From the NCBI GenBank assembly GCA_964570765.1, contig CAZMZF010000011.1:3629-67628 (forward strand): a DNA stretch of 64,000 nt, written 5' to 3'. The notes under the pieces are model-generated. The model was not told the DNA's origin, did not search any database, and was given only the letters and a program-made list of their open reading frames with translations. The first letter of the stretch is position 1. Every line of letters starts with the position of its first letter. A program made the translations under genes and the position numbers. The DNA comes from an uncultured Ignavibacteria bacterium (GTDB lineage Bacteria; Zixibacteria; MSB-5A5; RBG-16-43-9). Of this stretch, positions 38,340 to 48,298 are shown piece after piece.

Positions 38340-40799
38340 TCAAAGAAAATTTAATTGCACAGAGCCCTTAGGGTTAGCTTTGGGGATTCTATAAAGGTTT
38401 TCTATATGTGAAGGCTCTATTCCTTTTTTTCTTTTATTGTCTTCAAAAATTGTTTCAAGAGCATGATATAATATAAATTTCCAATTATACTTAGTTATTT
38501 GTTCTTGTAAGATAGGTTCCTGTAATCGTCTATTCAATAACCTCTCTCTTTCATTTGGAATAATGATTACTCTTTTCACATCTAGGTTTGGTATACTTGT
38601 GCCTCTTATTATTGCTTCTGTTATACCCGTTGTATTCTCGACTTCAAATTCCCAATACACTTTACCCTGCTTATACCATATGCAATCAATATTTTTTACT
38701 CTATCCAATCTTTCCGGTAAGATATTAACTAATTTAAAATCTTTTTCATCACATAAATCTGCTAATTTTTCTCCATCGTAAGTTTCGTTTTGCTCTTTTA
38801 AACCGACCCAGATTTTAAACCCCATTTTTTTACCAAGAACTGCCAGGTAATATATAAACTTACCATGCTCCTTCGCACGTCGGACTACACTTTGCCGTAA
38901 TCTCCACTTTCCATCTGAGGTCTTCTCAGCATATTCACCTAAAATATCCTTCACATTCTGAGTATCTGGCGTTAGAGCATTAGGAAAATTAATAAGTATC
39001 TCTTGTAAAGCATCATCGAAAGTCACTTTAATTTGTCGATTCAAAACATTTATTACAGCCTTTTCTACTCTTTCGCGTAAAGGAATTTTTTCTAAATGCG
39101 GAACACTCGAAGGATCTTTAAACCACCATTCATACCCTTTGATTTTACTTCTTTCATCTTTGACCGGGATTAATACAAACTCCTTATCAAGATGTTCTTT
39201 AAGGATCTGGTCAAATTTTCTTTGCCCAGCAAGCAGAACTCCATGTTGGTTTAGAACAGGATATATACCATTTAAAATATATGTATAAGCTGTAGGCTCA
39301 CCTCTCTCTGCAATTATTTTTGTAGTAGTATTTACTACTACTTTCTCATACAGCTCGACGCTGGCATTATTATTCTCTTGGATCTCCATCCGTTTCTCAG
39401 GTTTTCTGAATCTCAAATAATAATCACCTACAGCGCTTCCGTAAGGCCTTAATAAGGCAAGATTGGAGGCTCTTGCAGGCGGCTGGTATATAATTTTCTC
39501 TAAGTTAAATCCGGCTAAGACAATGGCTTGAATAATGCTATTAAAAATCTTAATGTCAGTACTATGGAATGTAACTGTGAGATATTTCGCGGGTTTTAAG
39601 ACTTCATAGATTCTAGAGAAGGCCGCATAAAGCATTTTATGATAATATTCAAAATCCTTTTTTTGCCATTTGTTTATTGTTATCTCGTCTCCAAACTCTA
39701 ATTCAAAATCTTCATCCTTAGGACCTTTTAACCAAGAAGTCCATAATACGCTTAATTCAAAATATTGAATAGCTCCTCCATAAGGGGGATCGGTAAAACA
39801 ATAATCTATACTTCCCTTTGGAATGTATTCATCAAGTTCCAAGGCAGATTTTGTAAGTAAAAAGATATTTCTGTCCTTCTTAAGTTCTGCAAAGTTTTTT
39901 GCTTCCTTATATACTCGTATAACTTCTTGAGAATCTGATTTCCCCCTTAGAATACCTTGTCTTCCCTCAATTGAGCTTTCAAATAAATTCCAAACATTTG
40001 ATTCCATATATAAAGGAGGCACCCAAAAACTATTCATAGCCCAGAATGAACTAAATTGTCTACTCGGTCTAACAGGTGTTAATTTGCTGGCTAAATGAAG
40101 TATAGAGCTAAAGGAAAAAAGAAAGATATCTTTCATTTTTCTTGATTTAATCTTACTTATTTGATTAAATAAAATAGAAAGTGCTAAAAGATTTCTTTTA
40201 GTAAACAAATCTGCTATGGATTCGCCGGCTTTTCTCGCCTGATTAAATGTTATACCTTTTGGAAACTGGTATTTTGGATACCAAAATTTTATTCGTTGAC
40301 CTTCAACTTCTGAATATTTCTTGAAATCTTCTTTTCTCGGTTTTTTCGAACCTTTTAAACCACATTTTGGGCACTCAAACATTATTCTGCTGATTTTATT
40401 CTTATTCCAATGACAACAGATTATTGTTACTGCATTCTTACACTTTGGACATGAGGTAGCATATAATACATCAATCTGGTGTTTTATATTTTTTCTAATA
40501 TGCTCGTATGTAGCTTCTATCTCTCGGAGATCAGTTGGCTGAGATGTCATCTTAGTTATGAAAATAGCCATTGGATCTAAATCTATAGCTACAGCTTTTC
40601 TATTTAATCTCAGAGACTCAATAGCAGTTACACCTGAACCAACAAAAGGGTCTAAAACAATGTCTCCTTTTTTGGAATATGTTTTGATATATTCCGCAAC
40701 CACATTATGTGGTTTTCTCGCCCACCACTTATGCATCAAGTACATTGGAGTATGGGCTTTAGAAACTAAAGCATGATTTATTTGTTGTACTTCAGACAT
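38340..40799 (-). CDS. N6-adenine/N4-cytosine DNA methyltransferase with a large C-terminal extension
   Basis: 'YLMHKWWARKPHNV' plus 'LDPFVGSGVT' (AdoMet motif I) lie near the N-terminus, and 'CFTDPPYG' (motif IV) is about 290 aa further on. Roughly 400 aa of unassigned sequence follow. No cognate restriction endonuclease gene is adjacent. Confidence 0.8.
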   Translation of the reverse strand: MSEVQQINHALVSKAHTPMYLMHKWWARKPHNVVAEYIKTYSKKGDIVLDPFVGSGVTAIESLRLNRKAVAIDLDPMAIFITKMTSQPTDLREIEATYEHIRKNIKHQIDVLYATSCPKCKNAVTIICCHWNKNKISRIMFECPKCGLKGSKKPRKEDFKKYSEVEGQRIKFWYPKYQFPKGITFNQARKAGESIADLFTKRNLLALSILFNQISKIKSRKMKDIFLFSFSSILHLASKLTPVRPSRQFSSFWAMNSFWVPPLYMESNVWNLFESSIEGRQGILRGKSDSQEVIRVYKEAKNFAELKKDRNIFLLTKSALELDEYIPKGSIDYCFTDPPYGGAIQYFELSVLWTSWLKGPKDEDFELEFGDEITINKWQKKDFEYYHKMLYAAFSRIYEVLKPAKYLTVTFHSTDIKIFNSIIQAIVLAGFNLEKIIYQPPARASNLALLRPYGSAVGDYYLRFRKPEKRMEIQENNNASVELYEKVVVNTTTKIIAERGEPTAYTYILNGIYPVLNQHGVLLAGQRKFDQILKEHLDKEFVLIPVKDERSKIKGYEWWFKDPSSVPHLEKIPLRERVEKAVINVLNRQIKVTFDDALQEILINFPNALTPDTQNVKDILGEYAEKTSDGKWRLRQSVVRRAKEHGKFIYYLAVLGKKMGFKIWVGLKEQNETYDGEKLADLCDEKDFKLVNILPERLDRVKNIDCIWYKQGKVYWEFEVENTTGITEAIIRGTSIPNLDVKRVIIIPNERERLLNRRLQEPILQEQITKYNWKFILYHALETIFEDNKRKKGIEPSHIENLYRIPKANPKGSVQLNFL

Positions 40800-40828
40800 A
40801 ATCTACTCAATCTGGAGCCTATTATCCC

Positions 40829-41517
40829 CTACATCAAATTCCTTTCCCTCAAACTCACATAACTTTCATTTCCGATGATTATATGATCCAAGACATCTAT
40901 CTCCATTAATTTCCCGACCTCTACTATTTTGCGAGTAACTTTCAGGTCATTTTCAGAAGGGTCCGGGTCGCCAGAGGGATGATTATGTGCTAAAATCAAA
41001 GCAGCAGCCCCATATTCGATTGCCGGGCGAAAAACCTCTCTGGGTTGAACTATATTAAAAGTCAAACTGCCGATGGAGATAACCTCATCGTGGATTAAGC
41101 GATTTCTGATATTTAAGTATAATCCCCGGAAATGTTCCTTCTGCAGTTTTCTCATCTCCTCTAAATATTTATACACATCCTCGGTGTCCTTATAGTTGGA
41201 ATTCTACCTTTATCCTCAAGGAAAAATCTCCTGCCCAGTTCAAACACAGCCACTATCTGGCAGGCTTTTACCTGAGGAATCCCTAAGGTATTCATCAGCC
41301 TGCCTACATCTTTTTCCTGGGCAATCGCTTTTGAGCCATAGTCTTTGATTATCCTCTCAGATAGCTCGATTACATTTAAGCCCTTATACCCGGTGTTCAA
41401 AATAATAGAAAGAAGCTCACTATTCCTCAGAACATCCGGACCATATTTTATTAACTTTTCCCTGGGCTTCTGATCCTCGGGTAGCTCTTTTATTCTGATC
41501 TGATAATTATCTTCCAT
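40829..41517 (-). pseudogene. radC: radC (JAB/MPN-domain protein), split by a frameshift
   Basis: ORF 41161-41517 encodes the RadC N-terminal HhH-type region. ORF 40829-41176 encodes the JAMM motif 'HNHPSGDPDPS'. The two overlap in different frames near 41161-41176. Confidence 0.7.
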
Positions 41518-41842
41518 GACTATATCTTCTAATGCAAAGCTTCAACAAAGTTAATAAATAATTTGGGAAAAGGAAAGAAAAAAATCATTCACAGCAGATA
41601 AAACTGATTAAGCTGATTTTTCGAGCGGATTATCTGCTTAATTAAACTAATCAGCTGTGAGGAATTTTTAGTTATAGGGAGGGGCTTGTTCCCTCCCGAA
41701 ATTTGGGAGTTCCCAAGGAACTCCACTACAAAACTTGTTGTCACATTGTAGTTACCCAATTCATTGGGTAATTTATTTTCGGTAGGTCGGACATTCCTAT
41801 CTGACCCTGGCGAACAGACAAGAATGTCTGTTCTACCAGTTT

Positions 41843-41935
41843 TTGCTCGATGAATTGAGCAACTACAAAACATCCATCCGTTGCCATCCTAGAAACGGAG
41901 ACTACGTCTGGCGTAGCCACCGTAGTCTAGGACAG
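41843..41935. repeat. Reverse-orientation copies of GTAG-REP families G and B
   Basis: 'ttgctcgatgaattgagcaactac' is followed by 'cggagactacgtctggcgtagccaccgtag', the reverse complement of 'ctacggtggctacgccagacgtagtctccg'. Confidence 0.75.
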
Positions 41936-41958
41936 GAGTTGTAACGCTACAGTCATTT

Positions 41959-42045
41959 TATTTTTTATTCGTTATTCAAAATTCGTCATCGGTCATTTAG
42001 TTTAAGATTTATATTGACAATCTTTTACTACCTCATATATTCAAT
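41959..42045 (-). repeat. Family F composite repeat, reverse-complement copy
   Basis: The reverse complement reads 'attgaatatatgaggtagtaaaagattgtcaatataaatcttaaa...atgaccgatgacgaattttgaataacgaataaaaaataa', matching 4554-4640. Confidence 0.8.
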
Positions 42046-42293
42046 CTTCAATAAATCGCCTAACCCCGCTTAGGCGGGGGCGGAGGAACCATAAAATTCT
42101 AGGGCGAATTTTTCCTAAATGGGAGATAGGGTTAACTCTTGACCCGAGCCTTTAAGCTAACTCCGCAGGCGTAAAGAGAGGAGTGAAGATCTGAATAGTA
42201 TAGACCACTGGGTTTTCATTGGTCTTTTTTCTTTGATTATATTTTTTCATTGTAGTTGTCTAATTTATGGGGCTATTTAAACTGCTGGAATTG

Positions 42294-42356
42294 AGGACAG
42301 AATCCGCCTGAGGCGGATTCTGTCCCTACAGAGCTCCGATGAATCGAGCAACTACC
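42294..42356. repeat. Perfect hairpin (family I) plus a family G REP
   Basis: 'ggacagaatccgcctgaggcggattctgtcc' is a 14-bp stem (family I is also at 30349-30374). It is followed by 'gagctccgatgaatcgagcaactacc'. Confidence 0.75.
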
Positions 42357-42376
42357 TTTTAATGATTTAGAAAGAG

Positions 42377-43942
42377 ATGGAGCAGGTTCAGACAAAAGAA
42401 AAAATAGAGCTTCGACGGGATGTTTCGGTCTGGGGTTCATTTACCTGGGGATATGCGGATGTGGGCGCAGATATCTATGTGGCATTAGGCCTGGTTATGG
42501 CTTATGCGCAAGGGGCTGCCAGCCTGGTCTTTGCCTTAGCCGGGATTGTTTATATAATGATCGGGCTTGCCTATACTGAGCTTGCCTCCGCCTATCCTGT
42601 AGCAGGAGGAGGTCCTTACTTCACCTTAAGAGGCTTAGGGGATTTCTGGGGATTTGTAGGGGGATCAGCTCTGCTTTTAGATTACACCATAGATATTGCT
42701 CTCTTCGCAGTTGGTTCAGCCGGTTATATTAACTTTTTTATGCCTTATCTGCTGGGAAGAAGTATTGAGAGTTTCGCCATCACTTTAGGTCCACTGCATA
42801 ATATAAACCCGGTCTGGTGTCTGGAAACCCTTGTCCTCATTGGGATTTTGATCCTGGTAAATATTAGGGGTATAAGGGAATCATCCCTTTTGAATTCGAT
42901 AATAGGAGCAGTTGATCTTTTAGCTGAAGGGAGTATCATAATTTTTGGCTTTCTGTTTGCCTGGAAGCCTGAACTTCTTGCCCATCAATGGCATACTCAG
43001 TTCCCAACGCTACATAATTTTATGTATGGCTCTTCTCTGGCAATCATCTCCTTTGTCGGTTTAGAGTCGATCTCTCAGGCAGCTCAGGAAACCAAAAGGC
43101 CAGCTACTATAATCCCTCGCACTTCTCTAACTTTAATCTTGACCGTCTTCATCTTCGCAGTATCCTTCTCTACTCTGGGTTTAGGAGTATTGCCCTGGCA
43201 GGTTTTTGCAGACCATATAGGGGATCCTGTGGCTAAACTTGCCAGCACTATTCCATATATCGGATTAATCGCTGGACCTTTTGCTGCCATCTTAGGTGCT
43301 ACTATCCTTTTTATCTCTTCCAATGCTGGAGTTATGGGAGCCTCAAGGTTAACTTATTCTTTGAGCCAGTTCGGGATAATCAGTCCCTGGTTTTATTCAG
43401 TTCATCCGAAATTTCACACCCCGGTGAGGACTATAGTTATTTTTTCTATGGTCGCAGTGCTCCAAACTATTTTATCGTTTCTAACTCCTAAAGCTATGGA
43501 TACTTTAGGGAATATGTATGCCTTCGGTGCTACCTTAGGGTACACTTTAGTCTTTATCGCTTTGATAAAACTCAGGTTCTCAGATCCTTACACTCCCAGA
43601 CCTTATAAGATGCCTCTAAATTTAAAATTAAATTATAAGGGAAGAAAAGTCTATTTTCCTATACTTGGAGTTATCGGGATGTTAGGCGTGGCTACTATTC
43701 TTTTTGAGGTAATCCTGACTCATACTATTGGAAGAATAGCAGGCCCTTCCTGGGTTTTATTGTGTTTTATCTATTATGCCTGGTATAGGAAAAAAGAAGG
43801 ACTTCCCCTATTTAAAAGCATCAAACATAACTGGGAGAAAGAGCAGATAGAGGTTTTAACCTCAGCCGAAGAATTTGATTCATTAGAACAGTATAAGAAT
43901 GCTTTGGCTGAAAGGGATAAAAAGAGAATGGGGATAAAATGA
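42377..43942 (+). CDS. APC-superfamily permease (amino-acid/cation transporter)
   Basis: A 521-aa protein with about 12 TM helices. The 'GSFTWGYADVGADIYVALG' N-terminal segment is typical of the AA_permease_2 family. Confidence 0.8.
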   Translation: MEQVQTKEKIELRRDVSVWGSFTWGYADVGADIYVALGLVMAYAQGAASLVFALAGIVYIMIGLAYTELASAYPVAGGGPYFTLRGLGDFWGFVGGSALLLDYTIDIALFAVGSAGYINFFMPYLLGRSIESFAITLGPLHNINPVWCLETLVLIGILILVNIRGIRESSLLNSIIGAVDLLAEGSIIIFGFLFAWKPELLAHQWHTQFPTLHNFMYGSSLAIISFVGLESISQAAQETKRPATIIPRTSLTLILTVFIFAVSFSTLGLGVLPWQVFADHIGDPVAKLASTIPYIGLIAGPFAAILGATILFISSNAGVMGASRLTYSLSQFGIISPWFYSVHPKFHTPVRTIVIFSMVAVLQTILSFLTPKAMDTLGNMYAFGATLGYTLVFIALIKLRFSDPYTPRPYKMPLNLKLNYKGRKVYFPILGVIGMLGVATILFEVILTHTIGRIAGPSWVLLCFIYYAWYRKKEGLPLFKSIKHNWEKEQIEVLTSAEEFDSLEQYKNALAERDKKRMGIK

Positions 43943-44160
43943 AAAGCCTATCCTTAAATTCATCTAAAAATTTAACCCGTCTGGACTATTACCAGATTAT
44001 AACCAGCATACTGATGACCGTTTTGGGCGGGATAATTCTTCTGAGAACTTTTACCTTTGGCATTTTTATCCCTTCAATTTTAGTGGGTGGGGGTCTTTTG
44101 GGTTTAGGGATTTATAGATTGAGCTTTATCTACAAATATCTAAAGGAAAGAAAAAGTTAA
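43939..44160 (+). CDS. Small membrane protein
   Basis: A 73-aa ORF with two predicted TM segments, translationally coupled to its neighbours. Confidence 0.35.
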   Translation: MKSLSLNSSKNLTRLDYYQIITSILMTVLGGIILLRTFTFGIFIPSILVGGGLLGLGIYRLSFIYKYLKERKS

Positions 44161-44723
44161 TGCAAGTTCAAGTCTCTTTATTGGGAATAGTAATCGCTAT
44201 AGCTTTCTTCCTTTCTATGGGCGGGATTCTGTGGTGGATGCTTCATCCTCCACCTCAGATAAAGCCAGAGGTAGCTAAGGCTCGCAGGTCAGTTGAGGCC
44301 TTGAAAAGGATTCTGGTCCCTACTTCCGGGATGCCTTATTCTGAAAGAGGGATTGAGCTTGCCTGTCGGTTGGGGGTGGAACATCAGGCAGAGATCGTAT
44401 TGACCTATGTTATAGAGATCCCTCGTACATTACCTTTGGATGCGCCTATGCCTGAGGCTGAGGAGAAAGCTAATCAGGCTCTGAATCGCGGAAAAGAGAT
44501 TGTAAAGCTTCATAATCTTTCTCCAGTTCCCCTAATTGAAAGGGCGCGGGAAGCAGGGGAGGGGATAATACGAGCAGCCAAGGATAATCAGGTAGATGCA
44601 ATCGTTTTAGGTATGCGTACTGATTTACGGGGTGTTCAAGCACTCTGGGGAAGGACAACTGATATCTTGATCCGAAAAGCTCCGTGTGAAGTTATTTTAG
44701 ATAAACTTCCAGAAGGAAGTTGA
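44160..44723 (+). CDS. Universal stress protein (UspA-domain) with an N-terminal TM helix
   Basis: The pattern 'RILVPTSG...VLTYVIEIP...DAIVLGMR...VILDK' is Usp-like. Confidence 0.6.
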   Translation: MQVQVSLLGIVIAIAFFLSMGGILWWMLHPPPQIKPEVAKARRSVEALKRILVPTSGMPYSERGIELACRLGVEHQAEIVLTYVIEIPRTLPLDAPMPEAEEKANQALNRGKEIVKLHNLSPVPLIERAREAGEGIIRAAKDNQVDAIVLGMRTDLRGVQALWGRTTDILIRKAPCEVILDKLPEGS

Positions 44724-44746
44724 TTCATTTGGATAAGGAGTAAAAT

Positions 44747-45154
44747 ATGAAAGTGGTAATTTTAGGATGTAGTCTGGTGGGCTCATTGCTGGCCAATCAG
44801 CTTATGGCAAAGGGGGATGAGGTTTCCGTTGTAGACCAGAACCCAAGCTCGTTTAAAAGACTGGATAGAGAGTTCATGGGTAAAACCATCTTAGGGATAG
44901 GGATAGATGAGGAGGCTTTAAAAAGTGCTGGGATAGAAAAAGCTGAAGCCTTTATTGCCGTGACCAATGACGATAATACTAATCTAATGGCAGCTCAACT
45001 GGTGAGAGAAAAATTCAAAACCCCTAAGATATTATTAAGAGTTTACGATTCCAAAAGGGCTCAGGCTTTTAGAGAATTAGGTTTAAATATAATCTGTCCA
45101 ACCATAGATTCAACTGAAAAAATTAAAAGTCTTCTTTTAGAAAACCTTGAATGA
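44747..45154 (+). CDS. TrkA-N (RCK, NAD-binding) domain protein
   Basis: 'KVVILGCSLVGSLLANQL' is a Rossmann GxGxxG-type motif, and the protein shows RCK-N topology. Confidence 0.7.
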   Translation: MKVVILGCSLVGSLLANQLMAKGDEVSVVDQNPSSFKRLDREFMGKTILGIGIDEEALKSAGIEKAEAFIAVTNDDNTNLMAAQLVREKFKTPKILLRVYDSKRAQAFRELGLNIICPTIDSTEKIKSLLLENLE

Positions 45155-45178
45155 TATCTAAAGGTAGGTGAAATCAAG

Positions 45179-45832
45179 ATGTATGTTATCATAGTAGGTG
45201 GAGGTCAGGTAGGTCATAGTCTTGCCCGGATGCTTATCTCAGAGAAATATGAGATATTGCTGGTGGAAAAAGATCCAGCCAGATATAGTAAACTCTCAGA
45301 GGAATTAGGGGAACAAGTGATCTTAGGAGATGGGACTGAGCTTGGCACTCTGATGGATATGGGGGTCAATCGGGCGGATGTATTAGTGGCTGTAACTGGT
45401 ACAGATCAGGATAATTTGATCATCTGCCAGATGGCTAAAATATTATATATTATACCCAGGACCATTGCCCGGGTGAATGACCCAAAAAATGAGGAGGTCT
45501 TTCAAACTTTAGGGGTGGATGCAACTGTTTCTGCAACCAGGATAATCGGCTCGCTAATCGAGGAGAAGATCGATGCCGGAATGTTTATCCCTCTTTTAGC
45601 CTTAAAAGGAGGTGAAGTTGAAATCTTCCAGACCCAGTTATCTTCGGATTCTCCTTTAATCGATAAGAAAATTTCCAAACTAACCCTTCCTCAGGATTGT
45701 ATAATTATAGCGGCCTTAAGGGAGAACCAGATAATCATCCCTAAAGGGGATACAATCCTTAAGGAAAATGATACCATAATCACCTTAGTGGGAAAAGAAG
45801 CCAAGGATACCTTTAAAAAACTTTTCTTGTAA
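45179..45832 (+). CDS. TrkA/KtrA-like RCK protein (TrkA-N plus TrkA-C)
   Basis: 'MYVIIVGGGQVGHSLARML' is followed by a C-terminal TrkA-C-like segment. Confidence 0.75.
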   Translation: MYVIIVGGGQVGHSLARMLISEKYEILLVEKDPARYSKLSEELGEQVILGDGTELGTLMDMGVNRADVLVAVTGTDQDNLIICQMAKILYIIPRTIARVNDPKNEEVFQTLGVDATVSATRIIGSLIEEKIDAGMFIPLLALKGGEVEIFQTQLSSDSPLIDKKISKLTLPQDCIIIAALRENQIIIPKGDTILKENDTIITLVGKEAKDTFKKLFL

Positions 45833-45875
45833 ATAAAGATAAAAAACATATATTAGCACAGGAAAAAGGAGGATT

Positions 45876-46418
45876 TTGATGTTAAAAAAAGTGATATGTC
45901 TTTTCGGGTTTTTGCTTTTAGTGTCAGTTCCTTTATCTAAAGCACTTCTAGCTCAGCAACCCAAGATTGGTTATGTGGATGTGGAAAGGCTTAAAGTAGA
46001 ATATAAGGAGTTTCAGGATGCTCAGGAGAGGTTCAACCGGCAATTAGCTATATGGCAGAGCCAGGCGGATACTATGCAAAAAGAGGTTGCGGTTTTGCAG
46101 GATGAGTTAGAAAGACAGGGTTCACTTTTGACTGAAGCCAAGAGAAAAGAAAAACAACAGCAGATTATAGCCAAACAAAAGCAATATCAGGAGTTCGCTA
46201 CCAAGATATTAGGACCTGAAGGTGAAGCCGCCAGAAGGGAAAGGGAGCTTTCCAAACCCCTTATAGATAAGATCAATGCGGTTATCCAGTTAGTGGCAAT
46301 CCGAGATGGCTATTCCTTGATTTTAGATTCATCTGGAGGTAATGTGCTCTATGCTAAAGAGGATATGGATTTGACTGCGGTAATTTTAGAAGAATTGAAT
46401 AAAAGCAAGACCAAATAA
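45876..46418 (+). CDS. skp: OmpH/Skp-family periplasmic chaperone
   Basis: A signal peptide followed by a coiled-coil Q/E/K-rich body, as in Skp. Confidence 0.7.
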   Translation: MMLKKVICLFGFLLLVSVPLSKALLAQQPKIGYVDVERLKVEYKEFQDAQERFNRQLAIWQSQADTMQKEVAVLQDELERQGSLLTEAKRKEKQQQIIAKQKQYQEFATKILGPEGEAARRERELSKPLIDKINAVIQLVAIRDGYSLILDSSGGNVLYAKEDMDLTAVILEELNKSKTK

Positions 46419-46602
46419 ATGTTTTTTGTTCCGTCAGATTTTGAACCTGATAAGAGATCAAAAAGTTCGCTTTTTCAACCAATGACAAGGTTATATTGTG
46501 GTATAATCTTCTAAACGCATATAGATCAATGAACTTTATTCTTCAGAGTGTAGTTGGAGTTAGCATATATATTGTCGATACTGAAAATAAAGAAGGATAA
46601 TC

Positions 46603-46629
46603 TTGACAAATTGTTTTTTTACATATAAT
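46603..46629 (+). promoter_or_regulatory. Candidate sigma70 promoter (TTGACA-N15-TATAAT) in the AT-rich leader of the three-gene island
   Basis: 'ttgaca' at 46603-46608 and 'tataat' at 46624-46629, about 130 nt upstream of the ATG at 46757. Confidence 0.4.
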
Positions 46630-46756
46630 TTAGATAAGTTGCTGAGACTAATATTTTATTAAATATTATTATTACTGATTAGTATACATTTTAGCGAAGA
46701 ATAGCTGAATTTGAAAAGTTGATTCAGATCAAACCAGTTGAAATGACTCACTTTTA

Positions 46757-47491
46757 TTGGCACACTTAAAAAAGATACCACTAATGGAGCCCAAACAAGA
46801 AATATACCCCAACTCTCCTCTTGTGGAGGTAGTATTTGAAATTCGCTTCTCTGGGGAACCAATGATTGAATGCCGAAGACATGAACTTTATGCTAGTGTC
46901 AGAAATAACTACCCAAAGGTTCTTGTCCCTCAAGTTCAAGCAGAAGGTTTCCCCGCTTTGGCACCGTATCGATTCGAAAGATCTGATGGTGCTGCCGGTA
47001 TAATGCTTGCTATAGATAAATTTAGTTACTATGCCCGTAAATATCCTGGATACATTGAATTTAAAAGAGAATTCTTAGAACTGGCATCAATATTTAACAT
47101 CCTATTTCCTTTAGAAAAATTGAAACGAGTGGGGTGGCGATATGTCAATGTTATCCCTTTTACCAGAGAAAGTGGAAGTATTCCATTAAAGAGATTTCTC
47201 AATTTTGGTCTATATTTGGGAAAAGAGACTTCAGACAAATACGAAAACCTCAGTGTCACGCTAATATCAAAAACAAATGATTGTTCAATTACTACCAGAC
47301 TTGAATCTATGATATCATCTGATACTAGCCGGGAAGCTTTATTACTTGATTTCGATTGTGCTAAAGAAAAAGAGCTTTCGTTTTCCAAAACAGAAACGTA
47401 CATAGAGGAGACCCATCAAGTGGCCAGAAATTTGTTTGAAGAGCTAATCACTGATAATTATAGAAAATATCTCAGAGATGAGGTAATATGA
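46757..47491 (+). CDS. Uncharacterised protein, TIGR04255-like by its N-terminal motif
   Basis: 'YPNSPLVEVVFEIRF' near the N-terminus matches my recollection of the TIGR04255 family start. 244 aa, encoded in a low-GC region. Confidence 0.45.
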   Translation: MAHLKKIPLMEPKQEIYPNSPLVEVVFEIRFSGEPMIECRRHELYASVRNNYPKVLVPQVQAEGFPALAPYRFERSDGAAGIMLAIDKFSYYARKYPGYIEFKREFLELASIFNILFPLEKLKRVGWRYVNVIPFTRESGSIPLKRFLNFGLYLGKETSDKYENLSVTLISKTNDCSITTRLESMISSDTSREALLLDFDCAKEKELSFSKTETYIEETHQVARNLFEELITDNYRKYLRDEVI

Positions 47492-47916
47492 ATACTTCAA
47501 CTATAAATGAAAGCTATGAAGAGATAAAAAGAAGACAAAAATATTTTCCAGAATATTTGGATATGAAGAGTTCCCTTATTGGAAAAGACATTGGTGTCTC
47601 TTTGGAGGAACGTTTCAGACGAGATCAAGAAATTTTTAAAGACGCCCCTCTATGGGCTGTGCACACCGAAGTAAAAAAATTTAGAACATCAAAACCCATA
47701 AAGGTCCACATCTTCAAAGATGCTGACTTCTTTTTCGCAGAAAACGAAACCTTAATGGTTTATGGAAGTGGGGAATCTATCAGCGAAGCAGTTGAAGACC
47801 TAGGATTACACATCATCCACTTCTGGGAGTACTACAATAATTTATCTTGGGATCGTGTTATTGGAGAGGCAGAAAGACTTAAACATCTCTATGAGAATCT
47901 ATTGATTGAAGAATAA
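47488..47916 (+). CDS. Putative HicB-like antitoxin with an N-terminal extension
   Basis: 'LMVYGSGESISEAVEDLGLHIIHF' resembles the HicB 'G.T.eEA..nl.eai' region. Its start overlaps the previous stop (ATGA). Confidence 0.35.
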   Translation: MNTSTINESYEEIKRRQKYFPEYLDMKSSLIGKDIGVSLEERFRRDQEIFKDAPLWAVHTEVKKFRTSKPIKVHIFKDADFFFAENETLMVYGSGESISEAVEDLGLHIIHFWEYYNNLSWDRVIGEAERLKHLYENLLIEE

Positions 47917-47918
47917 TA

Positions 47919-48209
47919 ATGCAAATCGATAGAGACATTATCGAGTCCTCGCTGTCAAAGAAAGGATTTGTTCGAGAGGACTCACATCATAGATATTTTT
48001 ATCATGAGTATGAAGGTAAGAGAACTGGGCTTTACACTTACACATCTCACGGTAGTAAACACAAAACTTACCCTGAAGCTCTACTTAAACAAATGAAGAA
48101 ACAGCTTCGTTTAGACCGATTAAAACAAGTAGAGGAACTTTTTCTATGCCCGATAAATGGTGAGGGCTACAATCAAATTCTAAAGGAAAAGGGCTTCTTA
48201 ACCGAATAG
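47919..48209 (+). CDS. Putative HicA-family toxin (mRNA interferase)
   Basis: 'LSKKGFVREDSHHRYFYHE...GLYTYTSHGSKHKTYPEALLKQMKKQLRL' parallels the HicA consensus 'lkk.Gf..vrq.GSHh.f.h...g..vtvP.H..kel..gtl.sIlkqagl'. Confidence 0.5.
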   Translation: MQIDRDIIESSLSKKGFVREDSHHRYFYHEYEGKRTGLYTYTSHGSKHKTYPEALLKQMKKQLRLDRLKQVEELFLCPINGEGYNQILKEKGFLTE

Positions 48210-48298
48210 TGTCAAACAAAAACTTGGAAGTCTATAACCTTGCCTATTCCTCTTTTCTCCCTAACATTCTAAAGTCGAAAGATACATTAAAAAATCTA

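Noticed and set aside
38340-39500. PD-(D/E)xK nuclease motif in the C-terminal extension of the DNA methyltransferase ('IDCIWYK...YWEFEVEN')
   Set aside because: An acidic cluster is present, but I could not find a properly spaced D...(D/E)xK triad with the Lys. Without a profile or structure comparison the call would be speculative, so the region is left as unassigned.
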